DNA of 16,019 nucleotides from an uncultured Myxococcales bacterium (GTDB taxonomy: Bacteria; Myxococcota_A; Bradymonadia; UBA7976; UBA1532). A model generated the notes under the pieces. That model saw nothing but the letters and a program-made list of their open reading frames with translations, did not search any database and was not told where the DNA came from. Location: assembly GCA_937896275.1 (NCBI GenBank), contig CALBMW010000727.1, positions 1 through 16,019 of the forward strand, in the 5' to 3' direction. Each line of letters opens with the position of its first letter. Position 1 is the first letter of the stretch. A program made the position numbers and the translations under genes. This document shows positions 14,186 through 16,019 of the stretch, piece after piece.

Positions 14186-15529
14186 TCAGGCCCCCGCGAA
14201 GAGCGCCTCCGCAAAGGCCTCGGCGTCGAAGGCCCGTAGATCCTCGACCTTCTCGCCGATGCCGATGTAGCGCACCGGCAGGCGCATCTCGTCGCAGATT
14301 CCGATGACCACCCCACCCTTGGCCGTTCCGTCCAGCTTGGTGAGCACCAGCCCGGTCACGTCGACCACCTGGGTGAACTCCTTGGCCTGACTGATGGCGT
14401 TCTGTCCATTGGTCGAGTCGAGCACCAGCCAGACCTCGTGCGGCGCGCCCGGCATCGCCTTGCCGATCACGCGGTGCACCTTGCCCAGCTCGTCCATCAA
14501 CTCCTTCTTGGCCTGGAGCCGCCCCGCGGTGTCGGCGATGACCACGTCAAAGCCCTCGTCGACGGCGCGCTTGACCGCTTCGAAGATCACGCTCGACGGA
14601 TCCTGCCGCTCCCCTCCGCGCACGACGGGCACCCCGGCGCGGCTGGCCCAGACCTCGAGCTGCTCCACCGCCGCGGCGCGAAAGGTGTCGCCGGCGGCCA
14701 GCAGCACTCTCTTGCCCTGGTCCGCATAAGTGCGAGCCAGCTTGCCGATGGTGGTCGTCTTGCCGGCCCCGTTCACCCCGACGACCATGATGACCAGCGG
14801 TTTGGCGCGCGCGAGATCGAAGCCCCGATCCTCCACCTTCAGCATGTCGGTGATCTGGCGCTTCATGGCGCCCCACACGCGCTGCGGGTCCTGCAACTCC
14901 TTCTTGCCGAGCGCCTCGTGCACCCGCTCGACCAGCTTCTGGCTGGTGCGCACGCCGATGTCGGCGCTGAAGAGCGCCTCCTCGAGTTCCCCGAGCAGCC
15001 CATCGTCGATGGTCTTGGCGCCACCAAAGATCAGCCCCAGCTTCTTGACGAAGCCGTCGTGCGTGCGCGCCAGACCCTCGCGCAGCGTCCGACCCGCGGC
15101 CTCGGGAGCGGCGGGACGCGGCGGCTCGGGGGGCGGCGTGGCGGGCTTCGCCTTGGCGGCGGGCGCCTTGGCCGGGGCCTTCGCCAACTGCGGCGGCTTC
15201 TTCACCTCGGCCGGCGCGGACGGCTCCGCGACCTCGGGCTTCTTGGGCTCCGGCTTCTTGGCGGGCGCGAGCGGGGCACGGAAGGCAGACCGAGCCCGAG
15301 CCCGCACCTCCCGCTCGGTGCGCGGGTCCGTCAGCGTCGGCTGGGGCACCTCACGGCGCGGCGCGAGGTCCGGCGACCTCTTGCGAAGCGCGCGCACCAC
15401 CACGAAGACCATGAGCGCCACGGCCACGCCATAGATCAGGTACTCGACCCACAGCGGCGCAGCCTCCGCCGAGACCTCGGTCTGGGCCAGCGCCACGTTC
15501 GTGAGCAGCGCCTCGATATCGATCCCCAT
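14186..15529 (-). CDS. ftsY: Signal recognition particle receptor FtsY
   Basis: 447 aa with NG-domain motifs GVNGAGKTTTIGKLA, IADTAGRL and LTKLDGTAKGG. The N-terminus has a hydrophobic helix (YLIYGVAVALMVFVVV) and a Lys/Pro/Ala-rich linker. The ATG is at 15527-15529, with GAGGGA upstream overlapping the smc stop. Confidence 0.93.
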   Translation of the reverse strand: MGIDIEALLTNVALAQTEVSAEAAPLWVEYLIYGVAVALMVFVVVRALRKRSPDLAPRREVPQPTLTDPRTEREVRARARSAFRAPLAPAKKPEPKKPEVAEPSAPAEVKKPPQLAKAPAKAPAAKAKPATPPPEPPRPAAPEAAGRTLREGLARTHDGFVKKLGLIFGGAKTIDDGLLGELEEALFSADIGVRTSQKLVERVHEALGKKELQDPQRVWGAMKRQITDMLKVEDRGFDLARAKPLVIMVVGVNGAGKTTTIGKLARTYADQGKRVLLAAGDTFRAAAVEQLEVWASRAGVPVVRGGERQDPSSVIFEAVKRAVDEGFDVVIADTAGRLQAKKELMDELGKVHRVIGKAMPGAPHEVWLVLDSTNGQNAISQAKEFTQVVDVTGLVLTKLDGTAKGGVVIGICDEMRLPVRYIGIGEKVEDLRAFDAEAFAEALFAGA

Positions 15530-15539
15530 GGTCGGTCCC

Positions 15540-16019
<480 letters not shown>

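Overview
Very GC-rich chromosomal segment, roughly 70% by eye. Gene content and regulatory motifs point to a Gram-negative of the Myxococcota type, which is inference only. I support 15 protein-coding genes and see no rRNA, tRNA, CRISPR array, transposase or integrase.

Gene order:
(1) A minus-strand unit coupled by 4-nt start/stop overlaps runs 4175->128. It holds a Maf-YggS fusion, then after a 175-bp gap proC, divIVA, yggU (DUF167) and an HExxH metalloprotease.
(2) lexA (+) has a TTGACA promoter overlapped by myxobacterial-type LexA boxes.
(3) groES-groEL (+) is preceded by a CIRCE-like inverted repeat and followed by a strong terminator.
(4) A gap-free five-gene minus-strand unit runs 14086->7502: two paralogous outer-membrane beta-barrel-type proteins, a polytopic HEAT-repeat protein, a MinD/ParA-type ATPase, and a receiver-like + PilZ protein with intact c-di-GMP motifs. 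The ATPase carries a ~560-aa acidic, lysine-free, Trp-studded disordered region plus an unassigned C-terminal domain.
(5) ftsY and the 3' end of smc lie on the minus strand.

The five-gene unit is the best candidate for an undescribed system. I do not recognise the combination, and it has no catalytic partner apart from the ATPase. Most long ORFs in the six-frame track are antisense or out-of-frame shadows typical of high-GC DNA.
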